NCBI GenBank assembly: GCA_016186485.1
Contig: JACPLN010000005.1
Coordinates: 41,256 to 105,255, forward strand
From: Candidatus Nealsonbacteria bacterium
GTDB lineage: Bacteria; Patescibacteriota; Minisyncoccia; Minisyncoccales; UBA6532
Direction: 5' to 3'
DNA: 64,000 nt
A program made the translations under genes and the position numbers. A model generated the notes under the pieces. That model made no database searches and was not told where the DNA came from. It worked only from the letters and a program-made list of their open reading frames with translations. Shown here piece by piece: positions 35,417 through 45,525 of the stretch (its first letter is position 1; every line of letters begins with the position of its first letter).

Positions 35417-36637
35417 ATGCAAAAAGCTAATTTAATTACCGCTTTGGATATTGGTACTAGTTCAATTAAGGGAGTTTGCCTTTTGAAGAATGGCAAATCC
35501 AATAGTTTGGAATTGGCGGCTTCTGCCCAGCATCCTTCTTTTGGGGTAAGAAGGGGGGTTGTCGTCAGGGTAGAAGAGGTTTCAAAGATTATAAATAATA
35601 TTTTAGAGCAGCTGGAAAACCAGTCCGGCCAGAAAATTGAAAGCGTTTTTGTAAACATCGGCGGCAGCCATATTTTTACAATGAATTCTTCTGGTTCCGT
35701 TGTTGTTTCAAGAGCAGATCAAAGAATTTCCCAGGAAGATGTTGATAGGGTGGTGCAAGCCGCTCAAACATTTTCTTTGCCTTTCAATAAAGAAATATTG
35801 GATATTTATCCAAAAGAGTTCACCGTTGACGGAGAAAAGGGGATTAAGGGTTCTCCGTTGGGAATGCAGGGTTTGAAGCTTGAAGCCCAGGTTTTAGCCA
35901 TTGGCGCTTTTTCTCCATATTTTAAAAACTCAACCAGCGCGGTTTTAAATTCCGGCCTTCAAATTTTAGATATTATTCCTTCACCGGTAGCGACGGCCAG
36001 AGCGGTTTTAAGCCCACAGCAAAAAGAGTTGGGTACTTGCGTTATAGACATAGGGGCCGGCACGACAGATGTCGCCATCTACAAAGAAGGAGACTTGATG
36101 GGGGCAGCCGTTTTGCCAATAGGTTCGGATCATATTACCCACGATATTGCAGTATGGCTGAAGACGGACATAGAAGCGGCAGAAAGAATAAAAATAGAAT
36201 TCGGGACCTGCGACCAATCCTCCAGTAAAAAGGAAAAAATAAAGGTGTCAGGCGAAGATAACAATTTGGTGTTTTCCAGAAAAATGCTTTCAGGAATTAT
36301 CGTCGCAAGGATTACCGATATTTTTTCCGAGGTCCAGAAAGAGATTAAAAATAATTTCCAGGGCGAAATTTTGCCGGGAGGAATAGTTCTCACCGGCGGA
36401 GGATCAAAATTGCCGAAAATCGTTGAATTGTGCAAAAAAGAGTTGAAGCTTCCTTGCAGGCTTGGGTTCCAGCAGTACGTCAGAGAAGCAGAGAAAGATT
36501 CTTCTTTAAGCTGCGCCTACGGGTTAGCTTTGTGGGGATTTGATTCGCAGGATGGGTTAGATCGGTCAGACCTTACAACTTTCGGAAAAGAGGTATGGAA
36601 TAGGTCCAAAAATTTTTTCAGGAATTTTATTCCCTAA
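35417..36637 (+). CDS. ftsA: Cell division protein FtsA
   Basis: Actin-fold motifs ALDIGTSSIK, IDIGAGTTD, LTGGGSKL; adjacent to ftsZ. Confidence 0.9.
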   Translation: MQKANLITALDIGTSSIKGVCLLKNGKSNSLELAASAQHPSFGVRRGVVVRVEEVSKIINNILEQLENQSGQKIESVFVNIGGSHIFTMNSSGSVVVSRADQRISQEDVDRVVQAAQTFSLPFNKEILDIYPKEFTVDGEKGIKGSPLGMQGLKLEAQVLAIGAFSPYFKNSTSAVLNSGLQILDIIPSPVATARAVLSPQQKELGTCVIDIGAGTTDVAIYKEGDLMGAAVLPIGSDHITHDIAVWLKTDIEAAERIKIEFGTCDQSSSKKEKIKVSGEDNNLVFSRKMLSGIIVARITDIFSEVQKEIKNNFQGEILPGGIVLTGGGSKLPKIVELCKKELKLPCRLGFQQYVREAEKDSSLSCAYGLALWGFDSQDGLDRSDLTTFGKEVWNRSKNFFRNFIP

Positions 36638-36643
36638 AAAACA

Positions 36644-37579
36644 ATGTTAACAAAGATAAAAACAATTGGCGTCGGGGGAGCGGGCGGAAACGCATTAAGC
36701 AGGATGATGAGCCGAAAAATCCGCGGCGTTGAAATGATTGCGATAAATACCGATGAGCAGGATTTAAAAAAGGTCAGGGTCCACAAAACCTTGAGAATAG
36801 GCAGGAAGCTGACAGAAGGATTGGGGGCCGGAATGAATCCTGAAATCGGCAGATTGGCGGCAGAAGAAAACAAAGATGAAATATCCCAGATTATTCAGGG
36901 AACAGATATGCTTTTTATAACCTGCGGACTTGGCGGAGGAACGGGATCCGGGGCGGCTCCTGTTGTCGCCGAATTAGCCAAAAATCAGGGTATTCTGACC
37001 ATAGGAGTTGTTACAAAACCATTTTCTTTTGAAGGATTGCAAAGAATGAGGATTGCAAACGCCGCCTTAGAAAAATTAAGAGAGAAAGTTGACGCTCTTT
37101 TGGTAATCCCGAATGATAGAATCATTTCCTTGGTGGGCCAGGATACCACTTTAATGTCCGCTTTTTTAGCATGCGATGATATTTTACATCAAGCAGTGCA
37201 GGGGATTTCAGACCTAATTTTGGTTCCGGGAATAATCAACGTTGATTTTGCCGATGTCAAGTCAATAATGCAAAAGGCGGGGAGCGCCATATTGGGCGTT
37301 GGAAAATCAAAAGGGGAAAGGAAGGTGGAAAACGCAGTTTTGCAGGCAATTAACTCTCCTTTGCTGGAATTCTCTATAGATGGAGCAAGAAGAGTGCTTT
37401 TTAACGTATCCGGAGGCAGCGGTTTGAGCTTGGCTGATGTGGACCAGGCGGCAAAAATCATTACAAAAACCGCAGATAAAGAAGCAAAAATTATTTTTGG
37501 CGCAACAAAAGATTCAAAATTAAACGAAGACGAAATAAAGATAACGGTTATTGCCGCCTGCCTGCCTGAAAACCGCTGA
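36644..37579 (+). CDS. ftsZ: Cell division GTPase FtsZ (core domain only)
   Basis: GVGGAGGNA, GLGGGTGSGAAP tubulin signature; 311 aa, ends right after the globular core. Confidence 0.9.
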   Translation: MLTKIKTIGVGGAGGNALSRMMSRKIRGVEMIAINTDEQDLKKVRVHKTLRIGRKLTEGLGAGMNPEIGRLAAEENKDEISQIIQGTDMLFITCGLGGGTGSGAAPVVAELAKNQGILTIGVVTKPFSFEGLQRMRIANAALEKLREKVDALLVIPNDRIISLVGQDTTLMSAFLACDDILHQAVQGISDLILVPGIINVDFADVKSIMQKAGSAILGVGKSKGERKVENAVLQAINSPLLEFSIDGARRVLFNVSGGSGLSLADVDQAAKIITKTADKEAKIIFGATKDSKLNEDEIKITVIAACLPENR

Positions 37580-37584
37580 CTAGA

Positions 37585-39036
37585 ATGACTATCTCCAAAG
37601 TCTTTCTGTATTGCTGCCTGTCTTTCATTGGGGGTATTTTTGCGGCTTCAATAATAGCCATTCCCCGGATGTTCTGGCTGGGGTTTTTAATTTCCGGATT
37701 TTTTCTTTTGCCGTTTTTCTTTTTCCGGAAAAGGGCCTTGGCGTTGGGGCTATGCTTTATATTTTTTGCAATAGGGCTTTGGCGCTACGGAGAAACGGCA
37801 ATAAAACCAGCCAATGACGGTGGCAATCCTTCTGTTGTTTTCGGAACAGTTGTAAGGGAACCCATTCTTAAAGAAAACAGCAAACAGCTTGTTGTTCGCG
37901 CGAAAGAAGAAACGGTTTTGGTAATCAGCGATCGCTATTCTCAATACCAATATGGCGATAAATTGAAGATCAGCGGAGAATTGAAGCTTCCCCCGGAATT
38001 TGAAGGATTTAATTACCGAGGCTATTTTGCAAAAGAGGGAATTTACCATCTTGTGTCGTATCCCAAAATTGAGTTGTTGGAAAAGGGTAAGGGAAACGCC
38101 GTCGTGACTGCCCTGTTTTCCTTTAAAGACAGGTTTCGAGGGGTAATCCAAAAATATCTTTCTCCGCCCCAATCGGGTTTTGCCGAGGCCCTTACCCTTG
38201 GAGACGAAATTGATTTTTCTAACGTTTGGAAAGAAAAATTAAACATAACGGGGACTCGTCATATTGCCGCCGTATCCGGGATGAATATTACCATTATTGC
38301 TTTTCTAATCACCTCTTTTTTAATTTCCCTTGGTTTTTGGCGCAGTCATTCTTTTTATCTTTCTGTTTTTCTTCTCTCCCTTTACATATTAATGATTGGA
38401 GCCCCGAGCTCGGCGGTAAGGGCAGGGCTGATGGGGGTATTATTAATGGCTTCTCAGAATATGGGGAGGCTTAGCAGCGCCGGGGCCGCCATTGTTTTTG
38501 CCGCAGGTTTTATGCTTTTTTCCAACCCCTTATTGTTAAAATTTGATGTCGGATTCCAGCTTTCTTTTCTGGCAATTATAGGAATAATCTATCTTCAGCC
38601 TATTTTATTTGATTGTTTAAACAAAATTCCAAACCCAAAATTCTTTCCGGCAAGAACAACGCTGTCTGCAACTTTCGCTGCCCAGATTTTCGTTTTTCCG
38701 ATTTTGATTTACAACTTCGGAACAATTTCCCTAATTTCTCCCTTAGCCAATCTTTTAATCGTTCCATTTTTGGCGCCAATTACAATTTTGATTTTCCTTT
38801 TCAGCCTTTCGGGCATGATATTTTTCCCTCTGGCGTTTTTGCTTTTGCCGCCTGCCTGGCTTTCTGTCAGCTATATTGCCTTTGTGGTTGATTTATTTTC
38901 GCGCTTCCCTTTAGCTTCTCTATCTGTTGTTGGCGTACATTGGATTTGGATTTTGATCTCTTACTTGATGCTTGGTACAGCGGTTTTTAGCCTCAACGAA
39001 AGAAAAAAGAGAGCTAATTTTCTTCAGCCCTCCTAA
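37585..39036 (+). CDS. comEC: ComEC/Rec2-family DNA internalization channel protein (no beta-lactamase domain)
   Basis: N-terminal DUF4131-like OB region, TGTRHIAAVSGMNI competence motif, multiple TM helices. Confidence 0.8.
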   Translation: MTISKVFLYCCLSFIGGIFAASIIAIPRMFWLGFLISGFFLLPFFFFRKRALALGLCFIFFAIGLWRYGETAIKPANDGGNPSVVFGTVVREPILKENSKQLVVRAKEETVLVISDRYSQYQYGDKLKISGELKLPPEFEGFNYRGYFAKEGIYHLVSYPKIELLEKGKGNAVVTALFSFKDRFRGVIQKYLSPPQSGFAEALTLGDEIDFSNVWKEKLNITGTRHIAAVSGMNITIIAFLITSFLISLGFWRSHSFYLSVFLLSLYILMIGAPSSAVRAGLMGVLLMASQNMGRLSSAGAAIVFAAGFMLFSNPLLLKFDVGFQLSFLAIIGIIYLQPILFDCLNKIPNPKFFPARTTLSATFAAQIFVFPILIYNFGTISLISPLANLLIVPFLAPITILIFLFSLSGMIFFPLAFLLLPPAWLSVSYIAFVVDLFSRFPLASLSVVGVHWIWILISYLMLGTAVFSLNERKKRANFLQPS

Positions 39037-41507
39037 GATTGGTTGGACTCATCCTTTTTTCCGATCTCGCACCATTTTTTTAATTTCTTGTTGACCAATT
39101 TGTCAATTTCTTCAACTGGTTTTCCGGTCAGTATTTCAATCGCTTCTTCAAATTTTTCAACGGCGTATATGTGAAATTCGCCAACTCTTACCGCTTCCAC
39201 AACTTCTTCGTCAAGCATAAGATCTTTTGCGTTAGTATTAGGGATTATGACACCTTGGTTTCCTTCAAGCCGTTTGTTTTTGCATACTTCGTAAAACCCC
39301 TCTATTTTTTGGTTGACTCCGCCAATGGCTCCAATTTTTCCAATTTGGTCTATTGTTCCCGTAATCGCTAAATTCTGTTTTATGGGAATTTCTGCAAGGC
39401 TGGAAATTATGGCGCAGAGTTCTGCGGCGGAAGCGCTTGCTCCGTCAGTTTTTTCATATTCTTGTTCAAAAGTAATCCTGCCTCCGCAGCAAAGATTTTT
39501 ATCTTGTCCGTATCTTTGCTTCAAGAAACCCTTTAGGGTTTCAACGCCTTTGGTGTGAGTTTTTCCTGAAAGCTTGGATTCTCTGGATATGTCAACCAGC
39601 CCTTCTTGGTCAGCAATATATGTTGTTGCGGTAGCTCTTGAAGGAATGCCAAATTCATAGTCGCCCAGGGCATAAACGGTAAGGGCGTTAATCTGGCCAA
39701 TCCTTTCGCCTTTTGTCTCAATTAAGATTACGTCTTCCCTGATTAACTCCCGGACCTTTTCTTCAAAAAGACTTGAGCGATAAATCTTTTCAGAAATTGC
39801 TTTTAGGACATCGCTTTCTTTAATTATCTTTTGAGAATCTTCTTTGGCGTAAGATTGAGCCTCTTTTATTAAAGCCTTAACCTTTTCTACATTCCATAAA
39901 AGCCTATTTTGGCTTTCGGCCTCCCTCAGCAAAAACTCAATTATTTTTGCTTTTGCTTTAGGTTCTAAAGATAGAAAACCCTTGGTCTTGGCATATTTTT
40001 TCATCCAGCTAGCGTAACTTTTGATATTGTCAGGAGTTGATTCTACGGTGTCTCCAAATTCAGCCTTCATTTCAAACGATTTCACCAGGTTCTTGTTAAA
40101 GATATCCCGCCACAGATGGTAATAAATGGAAGGGTGCAGTATTGTTATAATTTTCAGTCCCAAAGGAAAGGGTTCCGGATACAGCGTTTTAATTCCGGAA
40201 GAAACGCCGTATTCGTCATTCGGGTCCCGGATTCGCGTCTGGTTTTCAGCCAAGATTCTTTTTAGCCCAAGATAGACAGGTTCTTTGGTAACCATTATGT
40301 CCGTTAGGTCTATTATAACCAATCCGCCGCTTGCCTTGTGGAAAGCGCCGGGTTTGATTAAGGTGTGGTCTGTCTTGATCTCAAAGTTTCCAAAAACGAT
40401 CTCCCTTTCAATTTTTCCAAAAAGTTCAGAATAAGTGGGGGATGCCTCTGCCAAAACCGGAGGAGAATCGGAAAGTTTATTGTTTACAAAAAGATTTATC
40501 TGGAAAGGCAAGAGTATTTCCGGGTCTTGCTGGCTGTTTTCAGATTCTTTAGCCGCTTCCTTCTTTCTTGTAGCAGACAAAATAAGGGCGTCTCTTTGTT
40601 CGTAGGCGTAATTTCTCAGCGGGGTAAGAAAGTTAATGATTTTCCGTTCCTTTATGTAATATAAGAATAATTTCTTGAAAACGATATGAAGAGCTTTTTC
40701 GCAAATTTCGTTTTCTAGCTTCTCGCTCTTTTTGGCCATGCCGGCTTTTGACTTTTGGGAAACGCAATCTGAAAGCTCGTTTACCGTTTTTGCTTCTGCC
40801 ATGATATCTTCTCTGTTTTTTTCGTATCCGCTCTTTTTTTCCGGAGGCAGTTGGGCGCAATATTGCTTTTCTTCTTCGGGATCGGTGATTATTGCGCCGT
40901 TTTCTTTTACCGGTCCCCAGGAAATTCCAACCATTTTCTCTTCTTCGTCTGCGTAAAGGCTGATTTTCCAGCCCCTAGCTTCCCATTTTTGGACTAAGCC
41001 GTCTCTTTTTAGTTTCTCAAAAACTTCCTCAAAATCCGCCTTTGTTTCTTTAAATACTTTTTGTTCAATCTTTTCTATTTTCTCGGAATACAGATTTTGC
41101 GCCAAAAGCTGGAGCCGCGAGGGGATTTCTTCCACCCTTTCTTTAAAAGTTTCTCCTTTTCCTGCGGCAAAATTCAGCAATAGAGGCGTCCCCGGATCTT
41201 CAAAATTGTAGACATAGCAGAAGTCTTTTAACGGAAAAGATTCCCCGGCCTCTTTTCGTTCTTTGAGTTTTCCAATGCAGAAATCCCGGATTACTTTCGC
41301 GGGAAAGTTTTCAGCGACAATAATCAGGTGGAAATTGTTTGCGCTTGACAAAACCAGTTCCAGGGCTCTTTTTGCTCTTTCCTGGCCCACCAATTCAATC
41401 GGGATCTTTAACGGCGCATCTCCTTTCAGATCTTTGGGAAAACAAACCCTTCTTACTTGTTCAGCCGATAATCTGTATTTGTCGGTTTTCAAGGTGCTCT
41501 TTTTCAC
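39033..41507 (-). CDS. Lon-like (LonC/AAA_32-type) protease with degenerate P-loop
   Basis: C-terminal S16 domain (DGASASAAE Ser, GGVNQKIEG Lys); LFGKIE...TDHTLIKPGAFHKASGG; P-loop position reads VAENFPAKV. ORF extends to a TTG at 41585 but that would overlap the divergent gene; GTG at 41507 preferred. Confidence 0.7.
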   Translation of the reverse strand: MKKSTLKTDKYRLSAEQVRRVCFPKDLKGDAPLKIPIELVGQERAKRALELVLSSANNFHLIIVAENFPAKVIRDFCIGKLKERKEAGESFPLKDFCYVYNFEDPGTPLLLNFAAGKGETFKERVEEIPSRLQLLAQNLYSEKIEKIEQKVFKETKADFEEVFEKLKRDGLVQKWEARGWKISLYADEEEKMVGISWGPVKENGAIITDPEEEKQYCAQLPPEKKSGYEKNREDIMAEAKTVNELSDCVSQKSKAGMAKKSEKLENEICEKALHIVFKKLFLYYIKERKIINFLTPLRNYAYEQRDALILSATRKKEAAKESENSQQDPEILLPFQINLFVNNKLSDSPPVLAEASPTYSELFGKIEREIVFGNFEIKTDHTLIKPGAFHKASGGLVIIDLTDIMVTKEPVYLGLKRILAENQTRIRDPNDEYGVSSGIKTLYPEPFPLGLKIITILHPSIYYHLWRDIFNKNLVKSFEMKAEFGDTVESTPDNIKSYASWMKKYAKTKGFLSLEPKAKAKIIEFLLREAESQNRLLWNVEKVKALIKEAQSYAKEDSQKIIKESDVLKAISEKIYRSSLFEEKVRELIREDVILIETKGERIGQINALTVYALGDYEFGIPSRATATTYIADQEGLVDISRESKLSGKTHTKGVETLKGFLKQRYGQDKNLCCGGRITFEQEYEKTDGASASAAELCAIISSLAEIPIKQNLAITGTIDQIGKIGAIGGVNQKIEGFYEVCKNKRLEGNQGVIIPNTNAKDLMLDEEVVEAVRVGEFHIYAVEKFEEAIEILTGKPVEEIDKLVNKKLKKWCEIGKKDESNQS

Positions 41508-41559
41508 TATAATCTTTTTGCATTCTTTGTAAACTCGGGTCTTGTGGTACAATAAGATA

Positions 41560-42861
41560 ATGAAACAGAGCGCTTCAAAATACAAAGCCTGGGTGGTGGG
41601 AGTGGATATGGGTTATGGGCATCAAAGGACCGCCTATCCTTTAAGGCAATTGGCGTCAGACGGCAACATTATTCACGCAAATCACTACCAGGGCATTCCA
41701 AGTTCTGATAGAACGATCTGGGAAAACAAAAGAAGAGGATACGAATTCATCTCTCGTTTTAAAAGAATTCCTTTGGTCGGACAACTGTTATTTCTGGTTT
41801 TTAACGAATACCAGAAAATAAAAGATTTTTATCCAAGACGGGATTTGTCGCGGCCCAATTTCGCCATAAAGCACGAATACTCTCTGATTAAAAAAGGCTG
41901 GGGGAAGCATTTGATTTCAGAATTGAACAAGAATCCTTTACCCCTTATTACAACCTTTTTCATCCCTGCCTTCATGGCAGACCATTTTAATTACAGGGGC
42001 CAGATTTTCTGCGTTATCTGCGATGCGGATGTTTCAAGAACATGGGTTTCTTTAAATCCCAAAAAAAGCAAAATCAATTATTTCGCTCCCACAACCTGGG
42101 TTGCCGACAGGTTAAAGCTCTATGGCGTTCCGGAAAAAAACATATGCCAAACCGGCTATCCTTTGCCCTTGGAAAACATTGGCACAAAGAATATGGAAAT
42201 TTTGAAGGATGATTTAAGGCGGCGCATTTTAAATCTAGATCCGAAACGCAAATATCTTTCAAAATACGGATCTTTGGTAAGAGATTATTTAGGCGAGCTG
42301 CCAAAAAGATCCGACCATCCTTTAACCATAATGTTTTCGGTCGGTGGAGCGGGGGCCCAGGGACAAATCGGAATCAGGGCCATAAGGTCTTTAATAAAAG
42401 AAGTAAAGAAGGGCGCGGTAAAAATAAATCTGGTGGCGGGAATAAGGAGCGGGGTCAGAGAATATTTTTATAAAGAAATTGCAAGGCTTGGTTTGGCGCA
42501 CCAAGTCGGCAAATCAATTGAAATAGTTTTTGGAGAAACCATGGAAAGCTACTTCCGGATTTTTAACGAGAAATTAAGGAAAACCGACATACTTTGGACC
42601 AAACCATCCGAACTTTCTTTTTACTGCGCTTTGGGCTTGCCGATATTAATAGCTCCCGCCATTGGTTACCAGGAGGAATTTAATAAAAGATGGCTTTTGA
42701 GCGTGGGTTCCGGAATACCTCAGGAAAATCCGGATTACATCTCAGAGTGGCTTTATGATTTTTTAAACGGCGGCAGGTTTGCCCAATCCGCCATGGAAGG
42801 ATTTATTAAAGCAGAGAAGTTCGGCACTTTTAATATAAAGAAACTGGCATGTTATGGTTAG
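41560..42861 (+). CDS. Putative GT-B fold glycosyltransferase (MGDG-synthase/MurG-like)
   Basis: N-terminal VGVDMGYGHQRTA and mid-protein MFSVGGAGAQG resemble GT28-type motifs; weak call. Confidence 0.4.
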   Translation: MKQSASKYKAWVVGVDMGYGHQRTAYPLRQLASDGNIIHANHYQGIPSSDRTIWENKRRGYEFISRFKRIPLVGQLLFLVFNEYQKIKDFYPRRDLSRPNFAIKHEYSLIKKGWGKHLISELNKNPLPLITTFFIPAFMADHFNYRGQIFCVICDADVSRTWVSLNPKKSKINYFAPTTWVADRLKLYGVPEKNICQTGYPLPLENIGTKNMEILKDDLRRRILNLDPKRKYLSKYGSLVRDYLGELPKRSDHPLTIMFSVGGAGAQGQIGIRAIRSLIKEVKKGAVKINLVAGIRSGVREYFYKEIARLGLAHQVGKSIEIVFGETMESYFRIFNEKLRKTDILWTKPSELSFYCALGLPILIAPAIGYQEEFNKRWLLSVGSGIPQENPDYISEWLYDFLNGGRFAQSAMEGFIKAEKFGTFNIKKLACYG

Positions 42862-43745
42862 TCGTTGCCATTCTCTCTTATTTGTTTTTTGCTTTAGTAT
42901 CAATAGTTGATCGCTCTCTTTTGAGGCGCTCAATTAAAGATCCCCGGGTTTACACGTTTTACGTCGGCGTTCTTGGGATTTTTTCTTTGTTTTTGATTCC
43001 CCTCGGTTTTTTTATTCCCGCCTTTCCACAAATTCTATTGGCCCTTTTTGCCGGAGCAGTCGTTCTTTTAACCCTTTTTGTTCTATTTTGCGGCCTAAAG
43101 CGATTTGAGGCTTCCAGGTTTGTTCCGGCCTGGGGAGGATTTTTGCCTTTCTTTATGCTTGGTTTGAGCTACGTATTTTCCGGCAAGCAATTATTTGGCC
43201 CAAAAGAGGCTATTGCCTTTTTGATCTTAGTTTTAGGAAGCGTTTTGATAACAATTGAAAGAGAAAAACCGTTCAGCTTTGCCGGTTTGGGGTTTGCCGC
43301 TCTTACCGCGTTTCTTTTCGCCCTATCTTTTTTACTGATGAAATTGGTCTATATGGAACTTCCATTTTGGCCCGGTTTTATCTGGATAAGGATAGGGTCT
43401 TTTTTGGCTGCCCTGGTTTTCTTGTTTTCTCCCGGCATACGAATGACAATAAAAAGGAGAAATCAAATGGAAAAGAAAACTGCGCTAGTTTTTTTTCTGA
43501 ATCAAGGCATGGGAGCTATTGCAATATCTCTCCAGAGTTTTTCTTTAGCCCTGGTGCCCCTGGCTTTTCTTGCCTTTATCGGCGCAGTTCAGGGAATTGA
43601 GTATGTGTTTATACTGTTTTTAGCCGTCTTATTTTCTCTAAAGTTCCCTCAAGTTATAAAGGAAGAGATTTCCGGGATAACCCTTGTCCAGAAGGCGTTT
43701 GCCATTGCATTAATAGGCATTGGTTTAATTGTTCTAGCCATTTAA
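42849..43745 (+). CDS. EamA/DMT-like 10-TM membrane protein
   Basis: 298 aa, about 10 hydrophobic helices in two halves. Confidence 0.4.
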   Translation: MLWLVVAILSYLFFALVSIVDRSLLRRSIKDPRVYTFYVGVLGIFSLFLIPLGFFIPAFPQILLALFAGAVVLLTLFVLFCGLKRFEASRFVPAWGGFLPFFMLGLSYVFSGKQLFGPKEAIAFLILVLGSVLITIEREKPFSFAGLGFAALTAFLFALSFLLMKLVYMELPFWPGFIWIRIGSFLAALVFLFSPGIRMTIKRRNQMEKKTALVFFLNQGMGAIAISLQSFSLALVPLAFLAFIGAVQGIEYVFILFLAVLFSLKFPQVIKEEISGITLVQKAFAIALIGIGLIVLAI

Positions 43746-43748
43746 GCA

Positions 43749-44699
43749 ATGAGATATTTTATTTTAGCCGTTTTAATTATTGGCATTTCCTTTTCCTATT
43801 TCTTTTTTGGTTCAGCTAAAAGGGCCGATAAAATAGTTTGGGGAGTTAATTTTTCCCAAAAACAAGCCGAAAATCTGGGGTTGGACTGGAAAGAGACGCT
43901 TTCTTTTTTATTGTCAGACCTCGGGGCGAGGAACTTTAAAATCGCAGTTTATTGGGATTTAATTGAACAAAAGGAAGGAGAATATCGTTTTGAAGATTTG
44001 GATTGGCAGATTCGGGAGTTGGGAAAATATGGAGCAAAAGCAATTTTGGTTGTTGGCAGGAAATCTCCCAGGTGGCCCGAATGCCACGAACCTAGTTGGG
44101 TTCGAAATCAAATCTCAAATCTCAAATCTCAAATATTACTAGAATACCTTAAAGAAGTTGTTAATAGATACAAAGATTCTGGAGCGGTTTGGGCATGGCA
44201 GGTGGAAAATGAACCATTCTTAAAATTTGGGCAGTGCCCTTGGCCGCCAAACGAAGAACTTTTGAAAGAAGAAGTCAGTCTAGTTAAATCTCTTGATAAT
44301 AGAAGACCGGTAATCGTTTCAGCAAGCGGAGAGTGGTCTTCTTGGTTCAAGGAAGCAAGAATCGGAGACATGGTCGGGATTACAATGTACAGAACCGCTT
44401 GGTTTGAAGATTATCAAAGACAGATAAAATATCCTTTCCCGCCAGTTTTTTACTGGTTGAAAGCCCAGTTGATAAAAACATTTTTTCAAAAAGATGTTTT
44501 GGTTATTGAATTGCAGGCAGAGCCGTGGAGGGAATCCATTGGCCTTAGAGAAATTCAAAAAAATATCGCCTTTGCCAAAAAAACCGGTTTTGACAGATTC
44601 TATTTTTGGGGAGCCGAATGGTGGTATTGGCTAAAGACAAAGAAAGGAGATCCGGGGATTTGGGAGGAGGCTAGAAATACGTTTAGAGAAAATATATAA
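43749..44699 (+). CDS. Membrane-anchored clan GH-A-like glycoside hydrolase (putative)
   Basis: N-terminal anchor; WQVENEP (NEP acid/base motif); (beta/alpha)8-like length. Confidence 0.45.
   Translation: MRYFILAVLIIGISFSYFFFGSAKRADKIVWGVNFSQKQAENLGLDWKETLSFLLSDLGARNFKIAVYWDLIEQKEGEYRFEDLDWQIRELGKYGAKAILVVGRKSPRWPECHEPSWVRNQISNLKSQILLEYLKEVVNRYKDSGAVWAWQVENEPFLKFGQCPWPPNEELLKEEVSLVKSLDNRRPVIVSASGEWSSWFKEARIGDMVGITMYRTAWFEDYQRQIKYPFPPVFYWLKAQLIKTFFQKDVLVIELQAEPWRESIGLREIQKNIAFAKKTGFDRFYFWGAEWWYWLKTKKGDPGIWEEARNTFRENI
44103..44137 (+). repeat. In-frame heptamer micro-repeat in GH gene: (AAATCTC)x3 perfect plus flanking degenerate units
   Basis: CGAAATC AAATCTC AAATCTC AAATCTC AAATATT; encodes RNQISNLKSQIL. 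Confidence 0.85.
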
Positions 44700-44706
44700 T
44701 TAGTGT

Positions 44707-45522
44707 ATGTTAAGTATCATTATTCCAACCCTCAACGAAGAAAAATACCTGGAGGAGCTTTTAAAGTCTATTGAAAAACAGGCCTTTAAGGACTATGAAA
44801 TAATCGTTGCCGATGCTGGCTCTCGCGACCGAACCCTTGAAATTGCCAAAAACCATGGATGTATAATAGTAAGGGGGGGGTTGCCAGCCAGAGGCAGGAA
44901 CGAAGGGGCAAAAGAGGCTTTGGGGGACCTATTGCTGTTTTTGGATGCGGATACAAAGTTTCCAACTAAGGATTTTTTAAAAAAAGCAATCCTGGAATTC
45001 AGAAAAAGGAATCTGGACGTTGCTTCCTGCGGTTTGGCCCCGTTAGAAAAAAGCAAATTCGTAAAACAAGAATTGCTGAAAATGTTTTTTGAGGTGTCAA
45101 ATTATTTGATGATAACATTTGAAAGGATAGCCCCTTTTGGAGTCGGATCAATGATTTTAATCAAGAAGGAATTTCATCTGAAAATGGGGGGATTTGACGA
45201 ACATATAAGGTTTGGAGAAGACACTGTTTACATAAGGAAAGCGGCAAAACTTGGAAAATTCGGCATTCTAAAGAGGGTTAAGATATTCTGGTCAATCAGG
45301 CGCTTTGAAAAAGAAAAGTGGCTAAAACCCGTATTTTTATACATCCTCGGCTGGTTTTTGATCGGTTTGGACAAAAAAAGGCTTGATATTTATAAAAAAG
45401 GTTTTTTTGAGTACCGCTTCGGGCATTATCAAGACCTTGAAACAAAAGCCAAAAATAATTTTGTTAACGATCTTCCCGGCTTGAAAATTTTTAAACAATT
45501 TTTTAAAAATAAATTACGATAA
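44707..45522 (+). CDS. Family 2 glycosyltransferase
   Basis: LSIIIPTLNEE and FLDADT motifs. Confidence 0.75.
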   Translation: MLSIIIPTLNEEKYLEELLKSIEKQAFKDYEIIVADAGSRDRTLEIAKNHGCIIVRGGLPARGRNEGAKEALGDLLLFLDADTKFPTKDFLKKAILEFRKRNLDVASCGLAPLEKSKFVKQELLKMFFEVSNYLMITFERIAPFGVGSMILIKKEFHLKMGGFDEHIRFGEDTVYIRKAAKLGKFGILKRVKIFWSIRRFEKEKWLKPVFLYILGWFLIGLDKKRLDIYKKGFFEYRFGHYQDLETKAKNNFVNDLPGLKIFKQFFKNKLR

Positions 45523-45525
45523 ACA

